DNA of 64,000 bases, taken from the human T2T-CHM13v2.0 reference genome, Homo sapiens. This document shows, one piece after another, positions 26,078 through 40,489 of this stretch. The position numbers and the translations under genes were made by a program. The notes under the pieces were generated by a model that was given only the letters and a program-made list of their open reading frames with translations, did no database searches and was not told the DNA's origin. The stretch lies in assembly GCF_009914755.1 (NCBI RefSeq), contig NC_060932.1; one strand, given 5' to 3'. The number at the start of each line of letters is the position of its first letter. The first letter of the stretch is position 1.

Positions 26078-26539
26078 TTCTGGTTGTTCTCCTGATGAAC
26101 AGGATTGAGTTAGAATTGAGTGTGAGACAGAGGAAGAGAAAGTAAACTGATAGACAGAGGGTTGGAAATGACATTTCCAGAGTTTCCGGACCCTTCCTTG
26201 TGGATTTGGGCACAGAGGAAGAGGCGGCAAGGTACATATTTCTCTCTTCCACATCAGTAGGGTAAACCATATTATTAAATCTCAAATTAGGCTACATTTT
26301 GAGACAAGTAAAATCATACTGGAGGGGAAAGCACATTTTACTATCCTGGATAATCTGTTGCTGTGATTAGCACAGAACATGGCTCATGGGCCCAAAGACC
26401 TGGGTTTGAATTTTCATATCAATAGCTGTATGATCTCGTTTATGTTTCCTGACTTCTATGGGCTTTATTGCTATACATAACAGATGAGGGGTGGGGAGAG
26501 GATGGCATGATAGCCCTCTTAACAGTTCTGTGAAGCTGT

Positions 26540-27165
26540 TATAGGGTTTCCTTTTGAGGTGATAAAAATATTCTGGAACTAGTTAGAGATGATGACTGCA
26601 TAACATTGTGAATGCGTAAAATATCATGAAATTGAACATTTTATTTTATTTTTTATTTTATTTTATTATACTTTCAGTTTTAGGGTACATGTGCACAATG
26701 TGCAGGTTAGTTACATATGTATACATGTGCCATGTTTGTGTACTGCACCCATCAACTCGTCATTTAACATTAGGTGTATCTCCTAATGCTATCCCTCCCA
26801 CCACCACAACCCCACAACAGGCCCCGGTGTGTGATGTTCCCCTTCCTGTGTCCATGTGTTCTCATTGTTCAATTCCCACCTATGAGTGAGAACATGCGGT
26901 GTTTCGTTTTTTGTCCTTGCGATAGTTTGCTGAGAATGGTGGTTTCCAGCTTCATCCATGTCCCTACAAAGGACATGAACTCATCATTTTTTATGGCTGC
27001 ATAGTATTCCATGGTGTATATGTGCCACATTTTCTTAATCCAGTCTATCATTGTTGGACATTTGGGTTGGTTCCAAGTCTTTGCTATTGTGAATAGTGCC
27101 GCAATTGAAATTGAACATTTTAAAATCGTTAATTTTACGTTACATAAATTTTACCTCAATTTTAT
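26540..27165 (+). mobile_element. Old L1MB/MC 3' end, split by a young L1PA
   Basis: AGGGTTTCCTTTTGAGGTGATAAAAATATTCTGGAACTAG...CATTGTGAAT | AAAATCGTTAATTTTACGTTACATAAATTTTACCTCAAT. Confidence 0.7.
26643..27105 (-). mobile_element. Young 5'-truncated L1PA (about L1PA3/4): 3' UTR plus ORF2 C-terminus
   Basis: ORF 26869-27051 (DWIKKMWHIYTMEYYAAIKNDEFMSF...HRMFSLIGGN) is the ORF2p C-terminus; 16-bp TSD TGAAATTGAACATTTT at 26627 and 27106. Confidence 0.93.
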
Positions 27166-27489
27166 AAATGTATCTATTGCTGTGAGTGTCCACTCCACAG
27201 AAAATAATCTGATGACTGTTAGTTTATTTCCCAGTTTTGCCCCCATCAATCTTGATTGGCTTCATCCTGAGTGGTCATTTGGTGCTTCTAGATTCTAAGC
27301 ATAAATATTCTTCCACTACTATCAATAACAGCTTTTTATCCATTCTTATTTCTGGTTGCTTACACTAGTGGCTGTGATAGGGCCACTTGAAAATTTAAAT
27401 AATAATAAAAAATATACTTTAAAGCAGCACATAATTTTCCACTCTGTGTTATACAGGATTTAGCTCAGAGGAAGAGAGAGATAAGAACC

Positions 27490-27700
27490 TAGTGATTATT
27501 GAGCACCTCGTATGTACTGGGTGCTTTTACAAATGTCATTTCATTTAATCCTCCTAATGACCTTGAGTGGCAGATCATCTTATCCCACTTTTGGACTGAT
27601 GTCAACTGGGACTCAGAGAGATTAAGAAATCCATTGAGAGTCAATAGACACTGAACTGGAATTAAAGAGTTTGAAGCCCACGTTCTTTGCATCATATGCT
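27490..27700 (-). mobile_element. MIR
   Basis: ATTATTGAGCACCTCGTATGT...TCATTTAATCCTC...CCCACTTTTGGACTGATG...AGAGAGATTAAG. Confidence 0.75.
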
Positions 27701-28049
27701 ACTCTCTTGAGCTGATAAGATTTCAGGTGAGAGGTTGGATACTGATGGACTTAGCAGAGGAGCAGATTTTGAAGAGGTGGACATGGGGGCAGAGGGCATT
27801 CCAAGCAACAGATGGAAAGCATAGAGGTAGAGGGAGAGAGTTTGGTGATGTATGTACAGCAATCTCTGTAAAGTGGAGATCTCTTTCCAGGGACATGAAG
27901 AAGACAATAGCTTAAAACAAAATTATGGACTAACTTGAATGGCAAACTGAACTGGCTCCTTTGGACCAGCATGGCAACATCTGACTGGCAGTCTTTCCTG
28001 GGCTCCAAACAGTGCTCTTAGTAAAGAATATAAGTCCATTAACCTGGTT

Positions 28050-28560
28050 CACCAGGACAGCCAGAATTGGGCTCCCGCTCCCCGTTGTGGTCTCCTTTCC
28101 CATCGTTCTCCTCCTCACTCCCTGCTCCCTAGAGTGGGTTCACTTCTTTTCAGTTTCAGGAACCCTCCAGGTCATTTCTCACCACAGGGTCTTTGCATAT
28201 TCTATTCCCTCTGCTTGGAGCTTCCTTCTCTAATTCTCTCTTTCCTCCTTCACATCTCTCCACTAAACACATTTCCTATCTTTTTTTTTTAATCCAATAC
28301 CTATTATCATTCAAGTCACAGACAAAAATCTTACTTCTTTGTAAGGCGTTTCTGGATCTTTTGGTTGGATCTCTGCCACAGCTCCCTAGGGATACTCCTC
28401 ATGCTTGCGAGAACGTTTTGTTTCCGCTCACCACTCTGGATTTTAAGGCCCCAGGAAGCTGCAATTGGGCCTACGCTGTTCACCACCACATCTGAAGTTC
28501 TATCACTGTGCCCCAGAATGAAGTAGATGACAATAAGCTATTTACTGAATAATTTCTAAT
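28050..28560 (+). mobile_element. L2 3' fragment
   Basis: CAGGGTCTTTGCATATTCTATTCCCTCTGCTTGGA...CAATAAGCTATTTACTGAAT. Confidence 0.6.
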
Positions 28561-28850
28561 GAACGTAGGTGTTTGTTAAAAACATAAACCTAGGTAAAGG
28601 GACATTTCATTCTAGCCGCACTCAGGCATCTCTTTACCCTCTTCTTAGTCTTCCCCATGGAAGAAAGAGTAACTTGAATGTGCGGTAAGAAAGGGCACAT
28701 ATGCATAGCTCAGCCTTCTTCTTAAGAGCTGTCCTGCTCACAAAGCACACAAATTATTGCTCTGTTTTTCCTCTGCTCTGCATTTTAAATGAGTGTGCCC
28801 ACTATGGGAGACCTTGGGTTGGTGTTCAGAATTAGGAAACCTTGTCTTGC

Positions 28851-29643
28851 TGAAATGGGAAAAGTTCCTTATCCCCCTCACAGGGCATGTGATGGGGGTA
28901 TGGCTCGCTTCTTTGGTGTCCTGCTGCTCAAACCTCTGCAGGGAGCATACAGATGGGCAGGCTGTGGGACTCCGACCCCATGGCAGTGTCTAGGGGTGAA
29001 TGTTTACAGCTCCTGAAGCCCTGTGGGTGTGTGTTACAGGGTGCTCTTTTAGTTAAGCCATCTGTAGGTGGCTTGTGTTAGCTCAATTATACCCCTGCCT
29101 TATCTCCAGGACAGGGGGCTTTCGGTATCCCAGGGTTTCTCGCCTTGGTGTACTGGAAGAATCAGATCACATGCAGGCTTAGAGAAGGAGTGCAAGGTTT
29201 TACTGAGTGGAAGTAGCTCTTAGCAGATGGGGGAGCCAGAAGGGAGATGTCTTTCCCCTGGAGTTGGGCCACTCAGTGGCCCAGGCTCTCCTCTGGCCAC
29301 CCTGGTCAAACTCCACCTCATTCCACAGGTGGATGGCCTGCCAACCTGCCAGTGTCTATTGGTGTGCTCTTATGCCTTGGCATTCCTCTCCACATCCAGC
29401 TGCTTTTGTCTTCTTCTGCAGATGTGTTCCTCTTGATGTCCAGCCACTCGTGTCTCTGGGGTTTTTATAGGCACAGGATCGGGGCTTGGCAGTCCAGGGC
29501 GGTCTTGGGAAATGCAAGATTTGGGCAGGAAAATAGAAATGCCTATCCTCACCTAGGTCTGTGGGCACAGGTCTGGGGGTGCAGCCCTAGCCGGGGACCA
29601 CATTCTCCTCTACCCAGCACTTCCCTGCCCCTCCTCCATATCA
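28851..29643 (-). mobile_element. LTR1-family solo LTR (ERV1, HUERS-P2 type; related to LTR27/28)
   Basis: 793 bp; - strand start TGATATGGAGGAGGGGCAGGGAAGTGCTGGGTAGAG, internal TATAAAAACCCC, end GGAACTTTTCCCATTTCA; 4-bp TSD TTGC at 28847 and 29644. Confidence 0.82.
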
Positions 29644-29909
29644 TTGCCATCTACCTTAGCCACTTTCTCAATTCAAATTTTATCAGTAATAAAGCTGCCT
29701 TCAATCTCTGTCTTACTCTTTTTTTAATGCTTTAACTGGTTAAAAACACAAGTAGAGAGGAGTAGAGATGATTTGTTAGACCCCGTCCAATCTCAACAGA
29801 AGGTATGAGCTTCTTATTTATTAAAGATAGTGTGTATATTTTAAAATGTTAGAAGCAGTGCTATAGTTAACATGGGACTTTTGAAAACTATTGTGCAAGG
29901 AACTAACAT

Positions 29910-30230
29910 GATTGGATTCAGCAATCTAGCAAACATTTGTTGATTATCTGCTCAGTACAAAGGGCTGCACTTGACACTAGTAGGGAGAGGAATACAAAGA
30001 TGAATAGGAGCTATTTCAGGCCTGCTGAGAGCTCACAGTCTATCAGCAAAGACAGACACATACATAAATAACTCTAACTCAAAGGCAGACTGTGATAAAT
30101 GCTATTGTGGGAGAGTAAACAACATCCTATGGAGTTTAGGGGAGGGAGAAACTAACTGAAATTGAGGATCTTAAGAGAGCTTATAGGAGAGGAGAAATTT
30201 GACCTGGGCTTTGAAGAATCTGTTTCCGCT
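29910..30230 (-). mobile_element. L2 3' end
   Basis: CAAACATTTGTTGA...ATACAAAGATGAATAG...GAGCTCACAGTCTA. Confidence 0.7.
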
Positions 30231-30739
30231 AGGGCCTAGATGAAGGAAGCAGTGGTGGCAGGGGGTTCAGAGGGACCCTTGGACTCTAATCTCAGGTACA
30301 GAACAAGAAAAGGCTTTGGAATGTGGTCAGTAAAGGATCATTTACAGGTTAAGGGTGCTAGAGTAAGGAACTATTCCCTAAAGAGACTCTATCTTTTAAA
30401 AGATAAGCAGTTTATAATGAGGTAAATTCATGGGCAAGTTGAAATAACCTGGGTTGAAGAGTTTCCTGCCTTTGAAAATTATTTGAAGTTGTTTCTTACA
30501 TAACCACAACACATTCCTTTCCTTCCCACTTCACCTATTTTTTTTGGCTCACCATCACCCATGACTCCTCTCACATGTACCAGGGTATAAAAGACAGGCC
30601 AAGCATGGGACCTATAAGTGATAACAAGATTCAGGGCTCTAGCACACATTTTGTCCTGAATCACCTGGCTTAACTTATCCATCAGAGTGGACATTGGTTG
30701 TTTTTCACCCAACCAACAGCTTGTCTTTTTTCCTTTTAG

Positions 30740-31153
30740 CAGTGCCCAATTTTTATGATGGTGTATTTCTTCTTCCTGTTCACAGTGATTAACTCAGGGA
30801 TGGGGATAAGGTGTAAGTCATTCCATTGAGAAACCATCCAGCATCTTGGTGCAATCATTGTAAAACAGGCACTATCTTCTCTGGGGTTGCTAAGCTGGTA
30901 GGATAGAAGCTTTGAGTTTGCTTGCACAAGCAGAAGACCAACTTAAGGAAACACAGCAGAAAGCAGAATCAACCTATGGAGAGAGAAAGATGTCCAAGGA
31001 CGTCATCAGTACATTTGTATGCAACCAAACATGAAGCCAATATACCCATGGACTTTTTAAGTTACATGAGCTAATGCCTTCCTTTTATGGCTCAAGCTGG
31101 TTTAAGTTAGGTCTCTACCAATGGTAGTAACTAAAACAGTCCTGATTAATTCA
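30740..31153 (+). mobile_element. MLT1J/K-type MaLR LTR
   Basis: CACAGTGATTAACTCAGGGATGGG...TGGACTTTTTAAGTTACATGAGC...AGTCCTGATTAATTCA. Confidence 0.7.
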
Positions 31154-31639
31154 CCCAGATGGTGCACCACATCTGAAAGACATCTTTCATGCCTTTTCAT
31201 CTCATAATTTTCTACTCTTTCTTCATTTAATGATCCCACTTTTTTCTTTAGATATGACTCTAGGTTGCTTTTGCTTGACTACTTTCTCAACTTCCTTTTA
31301 AAACAAACCCTGACCCTGGGTCCTGGGAACCAGGGAGAGGGCTGCCTGTGGGGTTGAGTTACCCTGTGAGCTACCAGATATAGATCCAAGGTACTGCTGA
31401 CAGTCAGCATCTGGGCTTTGGGGGATCATACTGAACTGGCAAGCCTGCAGAAGCATCAGACCCAAAGCCTTTGTATAGCACAGGCGCAGGGAAAACAAAA
31501 CAAAAAAAACAAAGCAATAAGCTCCATTAATCCAGGGTAGTGAGTCTGAGGATGGAGCCTGAGGGTTGAGGTCTGTTTAGTGAACAGAAAATAGAATGAC
31601 TCAATAGAGTATTCCTGGAGGATATTTCAAGAGAGCTCC

Positions 31640-32050
31640 TGGAGTGGTAACGAACAGCCAATTTGTAGAGGGTTTTGAGATCCAGGCTGAAGAGTTTAGA
31701 GTTTATAAAAGAAATGAAACTTTATGACTATAATCCTAGAGGCAATGTGCAGGGGGCTGGTGACAAGAAAATCCACTAAAAAGCTCCTGTTCTGATGTGT
31801 CTGGCTTGAGTCTGGGTGCCTGGGAGAGAGCTAGCATCACCCCTGAGGGCAAGGTGGTCCATGAGGGAAGCTGGTTTTGCAGGGCAAAGGGAGGAGGTGT
31901 TAAGTTAGATTTCAGACACGCGGGATTTCACATGCCAGAGGGTGAAGATAGTGTGGAACACACTGACTCGAAGATCCAAAGACAGAGTGGAGCTGATGAT
32001 TAGAGTTAGGGGTCATTCCCATGGAAAGACAAGGCGAAGTTATATGTGTC
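31640..32050 (-). mobile_element. L2 fragment
   Basis: GTAGAGGGTTTTGAGATCCAGGCTGAAGAGTTTAGAGTTTAT. Confidence 0.5.
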
Positions 32051-34181
32051 ACTAAGTTTCCTGAGGGAAAATGATGTCGATAAAATTTTCCACTCGATCC
32101 GTTCTCCTGCATTGTGGAAGGAGACTGGTAATTCATCTAACAGATAACACATAAACTTCAAAAAAATATACAGTGATTTAGGGGGAAACAGAGGTGCATA
32201 GAATAGGATCTAATTGTCTGCATGGGAAATTCCCTTTTGGGAAGATATTCAGAGCTCTGCTCCAGCCCATTTTCACAGGAAAGCTGCTCTCTCCTCCGAA
32301 AGACCACATGCAAACTTAAACCTTGGAAATAATTGGAAAAAATAATTTTAAAAGGCAACTACCATACAGAAAACATCATTCACATTTTTGTCTTTTATTT
32401 GCAACTTTGTGGCACAAAGCCTTACCGCAAGAAATCAGGGCCGACAGATTATATCGGTTTGTAAAGAATGTGTGGATCATTTACTGTTGGCAAATAAAGA
32501 AACATTATTGTAAAGAGACAGAAGAGACAGCAGATTTCAGTGATTATTCATCATTAACTTTTCCCTCTCTTTTATACTGTATTCCATTGGTAATTAATGC
32601 CCATCAATACTTTCCAATGTCTGTTGAAGCAGTTTGCTAAGTCCTATTTGTGGTGAACTTACTAGGTACCAAACTACACCAGGAATTTAGGAGAGAGAGA
32701 ATAAGAAATGCTTTCTATCTCCAGGTTCCTCAGAGATAAACAAGACAACAGTAAACAGGACTTGTTTGGTGGTCGTATGGTAAATCTGATGCTGTGCTAA
32801 AGGTAATAATGGAGTGATACTTTCAGTCTTGGTTGATGGAAAAGATTTATCCCAGGAAGTGATATTTCATATGTTATTTCTGATATGACATAAAATATGC
32901 ATAGGAATTTTCCAGTCAAAGAAACATACAGGAAGGACATCTCAAGTAGGGCATATTTGGAAAGTATTACTTTATTAATTAATTCATTCTACCAACACAT
33001 TAAATACCTAGACATAGTGCTAGGCACTGGGGATACAGAAATAAATGAAATGTACACAAAGCAATGAATATTATTTTTAGAATCCATTTTCTACACCCCC
33101 AAGATATTGGTCTTAGATATTTCTTTTTGTCTTTCTTGCCCTGTTTCTATTGATATTTCTTTAAAATAAATATAGATTATTCAAGAGTCTGTGATGGGGA
33201 AATTGAGCCCTTTTATATCAGGGGCAGACCATATCACAATGAGGTCATTGTTTTGTATGGCATTGTATTCATATTTTTGAAATCTCCTTTTTTTTTTCTG
33301 TTCGGGGAATTAATGATCTCCCTTTCCCAGACAGCAGAACAAGCTGGGATAGTTGTTGTAACTTTGGATACCCAGAGCAATTAGAAGTCCTCCTTCTCAG
33401 CTGCCTGGAGACATGTTCTGATTTCAGTGCTGTCATGTATAATCCTGACTTGGTCAAGATGAAGCCGTTTGAGTTGACAACTTACACCCTCTGCCCCATG
33501 TGGCAGTTGTAAAAATAGACCCATTGCTGCAGGGACTGCAATGCAAGTCACCTTCTTGTTTCTCAGATTTTGCTTTTCTTTTTCCAATTCCCTTTCTGCC
33601 CCACACTGTGAGCCTTCAACATAGACAAATACAGTCAAGATTCTGGGAAACAGACATGCTCTGTACCATCTGCTGTCATGGACTAGCATCTTCCTGGTCC
33701 AGTTCCTTGTCTTCAGATAGCCAGAGCGAGTGAGCCTGGGCAAGGACACAGCGTGAGAAAATGCAGAACTCATCAGTTGCCTGCTTCTACAAGGGCAGAA
33801 ACCAGGAGTTGGGCCAGATTTCAGAGAACTGACGAGATACTGTGGTGTTGTGTGGGCGCAAGTCCCATGTGACTCTGTGGTAACCCAGAGGGGATATAAG
33901 TACCTCCTGTCCTTCTGTTGTCAACCTCACAGTATCTTCCTAGCACAGTGCCAGGTACAGATGTGTCTTCTGACTTTGACCTTCCTCTTACTGGTTCCAT
34001 TATTCTGCCCATCCAGGAGGCTTCATAGCTCTAAACAAAACTCTAATCAATTTTCAGGCCATATTGCTTCATTCTTTGTCCTTCCTCTCCTGTCCAACCC
34101 TGTTTTCTCATCCCCACTCCCTCTACCAAACTCAGTCATGTGTCACCTCACACCAGGATTATGCTGTCTATCAGCCTCTAT

Positions 34182-34407
34182 CAGGGGTGTCCAATCTTTT
34201 GACTTCCCTGAGCCACAATGGAAAAAGAAGAATTGTCTTGGGCCACACATAAAATACATTAACACTAACGATAGCTGATGAGCTAAAAAGAAAAATCACA
34301 AAAAACATCTCATCATGTTTTAAGGAAATTTATCTATTTGTTTTGGTCCACATTCAAAACCATCTTGGGCTACCTGCGGCCTGTGAGCTGTGGGTTGGAC
34401 AAGCTTG
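34182..34407 (+). mobile_element. MER30 (hAT-Charlie), full length
   Basis: CAGGGGTGTCCAATCTTTTG...GGGCCACACATAAAATAC...GGGTTGGACAAGCTTG termini, 226 bp. Confidence 0.92.
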
Positions 34408-36499
34408 CTCGATGCTATCACCCAATCCACACTTCCCATGCCTCCAAGGTTTTGGTTCAACAGGGGTTATATCCATCACTTTCCTATTAAAAATAGCCCA
34501 TGGATCACCACAAATCCCTAATCTTCAGGAGGAGATGTAGAACTTTTTTCATTTCTTTCTTCTATCCACCCAGGGCTTCTGACTCTACATGCTGTGCTTT
34601 CTCCTGTGCCAGGGAAGGACTGCCTTCTCTGTCCAAAGCCATTTGTCTATTTGCCTCTGTCCTGTCTTCATGGTGCCCTTGAAACCAGCCCTGAGAGACT
34701 GCCCGACCAAGTGCCCTCAGTGCTAAGAAGCAGCTTCCCCCTCATCATTCTGGCAGAGCCTGATCGCCTTCATGTGTCACATATCATTGTTCTAAGCCTC
34801 CTAATGTGACATTGATGCTACTGCTATTTCCCTGGACTCAGATGCAGTTTTCTAATACATAGAGGAGCAAATCAGCTTGAAATTAGAAACTAAATGGCTA
34901 CTTTTAGGGGAACAAGTATTTATTAAGCCCCTACTGTGTGCCAGGCTATTGTACTTCCTTATTTCATTTAGTCTCTGAAGATTCATGTTTTTCACATCTG
35001 CTAAATGACTGTGGAATGCCCTTCTAAAATTTTCTTAAGGTTTAAAGGCAACATAGGGCTAAGTAGATAACAGTCAATATGATCTTAAAAAAAACACTAG
35101 TTCACCACCTTCTACACTAACAGCTCTTTCAACAAGCAGGAGTTTTAATTTTAGAGTTACTCATAGGCCTTGTACTTCAACAGAGTTATCTTAGCAGATG
35201 AACTCAAGCCTCCTATGGAAAAGTGCAGGAGCAGTAGAAAGGTGGTAAATGTATGTATGTATTCTTATGACAGACAGGCATGTGGGCTGCACTTCACCTT
35301 TTCTGGTGAGATATGTAAGTCCAACTGTAAGAGATATGCATGCATGGATGGAATCTATTGAATGGTCAGATTCCATCCATGGAACAGATGGATAATGTCC
35401 ATCCATTAGGCTATAGTATGTGTAATAATAGATGTGTCTTCAGGGATAATTAGTCTCCTTAACTGCTGAGTTGGATGCTAATTAAATAAGCACAAATATG
35501 AGAAAACTTGGGTTAGAGACAAGCAAAATTATAAATACACACACGCTCACACAGACATGCATACAGGCATGTACTGTATGTATAGACATGTACCCATCTG
35601 TCAATATACCTAACATCTACTTGTCTCACAACAGCCATTAGAGTATATCAAGATTTCTTCTTCTACTTCCTGCTGAGGGAGGGCCTTTGATTTACAGGTA
35701 ATTGCTGTAGTTTTTAATTTTACCAGTATTTGCCTTAAGCCTGTCTCTTCAGATATTTGCATTTAATAATTAAAAAATATATCCAATAGGAACACACATC
35801 ATTTTTAATTTTCTGAAGTCCCCAAGGCAGTAGTTGTAGCTGGGGAGAAACAGATTTTAAATTGTTTTTCAAAGCTTGAATTTCACTTATCTACTTCTGA
35901 GAACTACAAAACACTTAGGGTTGCTCCCCTTAACTTTTGGTCTCTCCCAGCTTTCTTCTTTCTCTGTTTCGCCTGGATGACAAAGATATAGAATTCTAGA
36001 ATTTAAGTGGAACTTGGAGATCTTTTTGTATAATTGCTTCTTTGAAAGAAGAAAAAGATGAAGTCCGGAGAGGGAAAATGATCTTCCCAAGACTCTGTAA
36101 CTACAAAGTGGTAGAGCCTGAAATGATCCAGGTCTCTTAACTCCTGCTCAGGATTTTTTTTATGGAGTACAACTAATGTCTTTGCTTAGCCTGCTCGCTT
36201 GTCTGCTGTGAAACCCACCATCCTCATACCTAGACTCCTGTCCACCTCCTCTCAGGGATTATAGAAGTTCTTTAACCAGTTCCAGCCACGCAAGGACCCC
36301 TGAAATCCCAGACTTCACTGATCATACCCAACCAAATCAATGACCGTCTTTTGGCTTTAACTTCTTTTGACCAAAAAACAGTCGTGTTTTCTTCCCTTCT
36401 TTTCTTTTAGAGACAAAATGTGGACAGAGCTTCATGGAAGGGAGCTTTCTGGAAGGAAGCCTTTTATTGTGTAAGTGGTTCTAACCTGCTTGTTAATGA

Positions 36500-36582
36500 A
36501 TATAAATACCTGACAACAAGGACATCCATAATTCAAAGTCATGCAGACCTAGTCTTTTACCACTTTTCCAAGACACACTAGC
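36500..36582 (+). mobile_element. L2a fragment, left part of the element split by the LTR composite
   Basis: ACAAGGACATCCATAAT...GACCTAGTCTTTTACCACTTTTCC AAGACACACTAGC resembles L2a ACAAGGCCCTACATGAT...GACCTCATCTCCTACCACTCTCCC...CAGCCACACTGGC. Confidence 0.55.
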
Positions 36583-36960
36583 TAATATGTTTTGGCTGTG
36601 TCCCCACCCAATTTTCATCTTGGATTGTGACTCCCACAATTCCCATGTGTCATGGGAGGAACCTAGTGGGAGGTGATTGAGTCATGGGGGCAGGTCTTTC
36701 CTGTGCTGTCTTCATGATAGTGAATGAGTCTCATGAGATCTGGTGGTTTTAAAAACGGGAGTTTCCCTGCACAAGCTCTTTCCTTGCCTGCTGCCATCCA
36801 TGCAAGACGTGACTTGCTTCTCCTTGCCTTCCTCCATGATTGTGAGGCTTCCCCAGCCACATGGAACTGTAAGTCCATTAAACCTTTTTCTTTTGTAAAT
36901 TGCCCAGTCTTGGGCAAATTGTCTTTATCAGCAGTGTGAGAACAAACGAATACAGTAAAT
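36583..36960 (+). mobile_element. THE1A/B MaLR LTR (36583-36954) plus the first 6 nt of THE1 internal sequence (GTAAAT)
   Basis: TAATATGTTTTGGCTGTGTCCCCACCCAA...CCATGATTGTGAGGCTTCCCCAGCC...GAATACA then GTAAAT (THE1-int begins GTAAATTGGTACC). Confidence 0.92.
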
Positions 36961-36963
36961 TTT

Positions 36964-38300
36964 GCTGTGATTCACCTATGGGGGCATGCCAGAGGCTCCA
37001 AACAGCATTCCTATCTGCCACTGATACCTCAAGCACCATTGGATATGCTAGGTCATATGGCCCAAGTGGCATAGCAGCTTGCACAGCAGCCTGGACCTGT
37101 TGCAGAGACTTATCCTGTTCTGGACCCCACTCAAAACTGTCAGCCTTTCGGGTCATGCGATAAATGGGCCATAGTAACACACTCAAATGAGGAATGTGTT
37201 GCTTCCAAAATCCAAATAGGCCCACTAGGCATTGTGCCTCTTTCTTGGGTGTAGGAGGGGCCAAATGCAGCAACTAATCCTTCACCTTAGAAAGAAGATC
37301 TCAACAGGCCCCACACCACTGGACCCCTAGGAATTTTACTGAGGTAGAAGGTCCCTGAATTTTAGTCAGATTCATTTCCCATCCTCTGGCACACAAATGT
37401 CTGACCAATAAGTCCAGTGTGTTTGCTACTTCTTGCTCACTGGATCCAGTCAGCATAATGTCATCAGTGTAATGGACCAGTGTGATATCTTGTGGATGGG
37501 AAAAGTGATCAAGGTCTCTTTGAAGAAGATAATGACACAAAGCTGGAGAGCTGATATATCCCTAAGGTAGGACAGTAAAGGTATATTGCTGGCCTTGCCA
37601 GCTGAAGGCAGATTGCTTCTGGTGGGCTTTAGGGACAGGAATGGAGAAAAAGGCATTTGCCAAACATTGGCTGCATACCAGTTACCAGGAGATGTGTTAA
37701 TTTGCTGAAGCAATGTAACCATATCTGGTACAGCAGCTGCAATTGGAGTCACCATTTGGTTAAGCTTACGATAATCCACTGTCATTCTCCTAGATCCGTC
37801 TGTCTTTTGCACAGGTCAAATAGGATAGTTGAATGGGGATGTGGTGGGAATCACTGCCCCTGCGTCTTTCAAGTCCTTGATGGTGGCATTAACCTCTGCA
37901 ATCTCTCCAGGGATGCAATATTGTTTTGGATTTACTATTTTTCTAGGTAGAGGCAGCTCTAATGGTTTCCATTTGGCCTTTCCCACCATAATAGTCCTCA
38001 CCCTACTAGTCAGTGAGCCAATGTAAGCGTTCTGCCGGCTGCTAAGTATGTCTATGCCAATTATGCATTCTGGCACATGGGAAACGACCACAGGATAAGT
38101 TGGGGGACCCATTGGACCCACTGTATGTTGGATCTGAGCTAAAATCCATTACTTACATTACCTTCATAAGGCCCTGCTTTAACTGGAGAACCACAATGAC
38201 ATTTTGGATCCCCTGGAATCAGCATTAGCTCAGAGTCAGTGTCCAGTAGTCCCTGAAATGTCTGATCATTTCCCTTCTCCTAATGCACAGTTGCCCTGGT
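36964..38300 (-). pseudogene. pol: HERV-L pro-pol remnant (protease and reverse transcriptase, truncated before RNase H/integrase)
   Basis: Frameshifted ORFs: protease-site-like GLLDTDSEL near 38225-38253; [10 protein letters not shown]; KTDGSRRMTVDYRKLNQ; [10 protein letters not shown] (YxDD); VKFLGVQW; PTPKKEAQCLVGLFGFWKQHIP. Confidence 0.92.
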
Positions 38301-38479
38301 AAAAGGCCAGAGGTCTCCTTAGGGAAGGTTGGGAGAAAGATTAACAGCATAATTTGTCGGTAGTGTAGTGAGCTTCTTCCTCAGGGTGACCCAGCCTCCC
38401 TTTCATTCAGGGGGTTCTGGGTATTTAAACTGGCTAAAGTCTGAAAGTTGATTGAGGGGCTGTGATTGTCTGTTTTTAT

Positions 38480-40425
<1,946 letters not shown>

Positions 40426-40469
40426 AACCAATAAAAGCACTCCATCCTTAATATTCTGTTCCCCTAGAA

Positions 40470-40484
40470 CCACTCTTGGTACCA
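40470..40484 (-). promoter_or_regulatory. HERV-L primer-binding site (tRNA-Leu type)
   Basis: - strand GATTT-TGGTACCAAGAGTGG directly after the LTR, which identifies this MLT2A1 as the 5' LTR. Confidence 0.75.
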
Positions 40485-40489
40485 AAATC

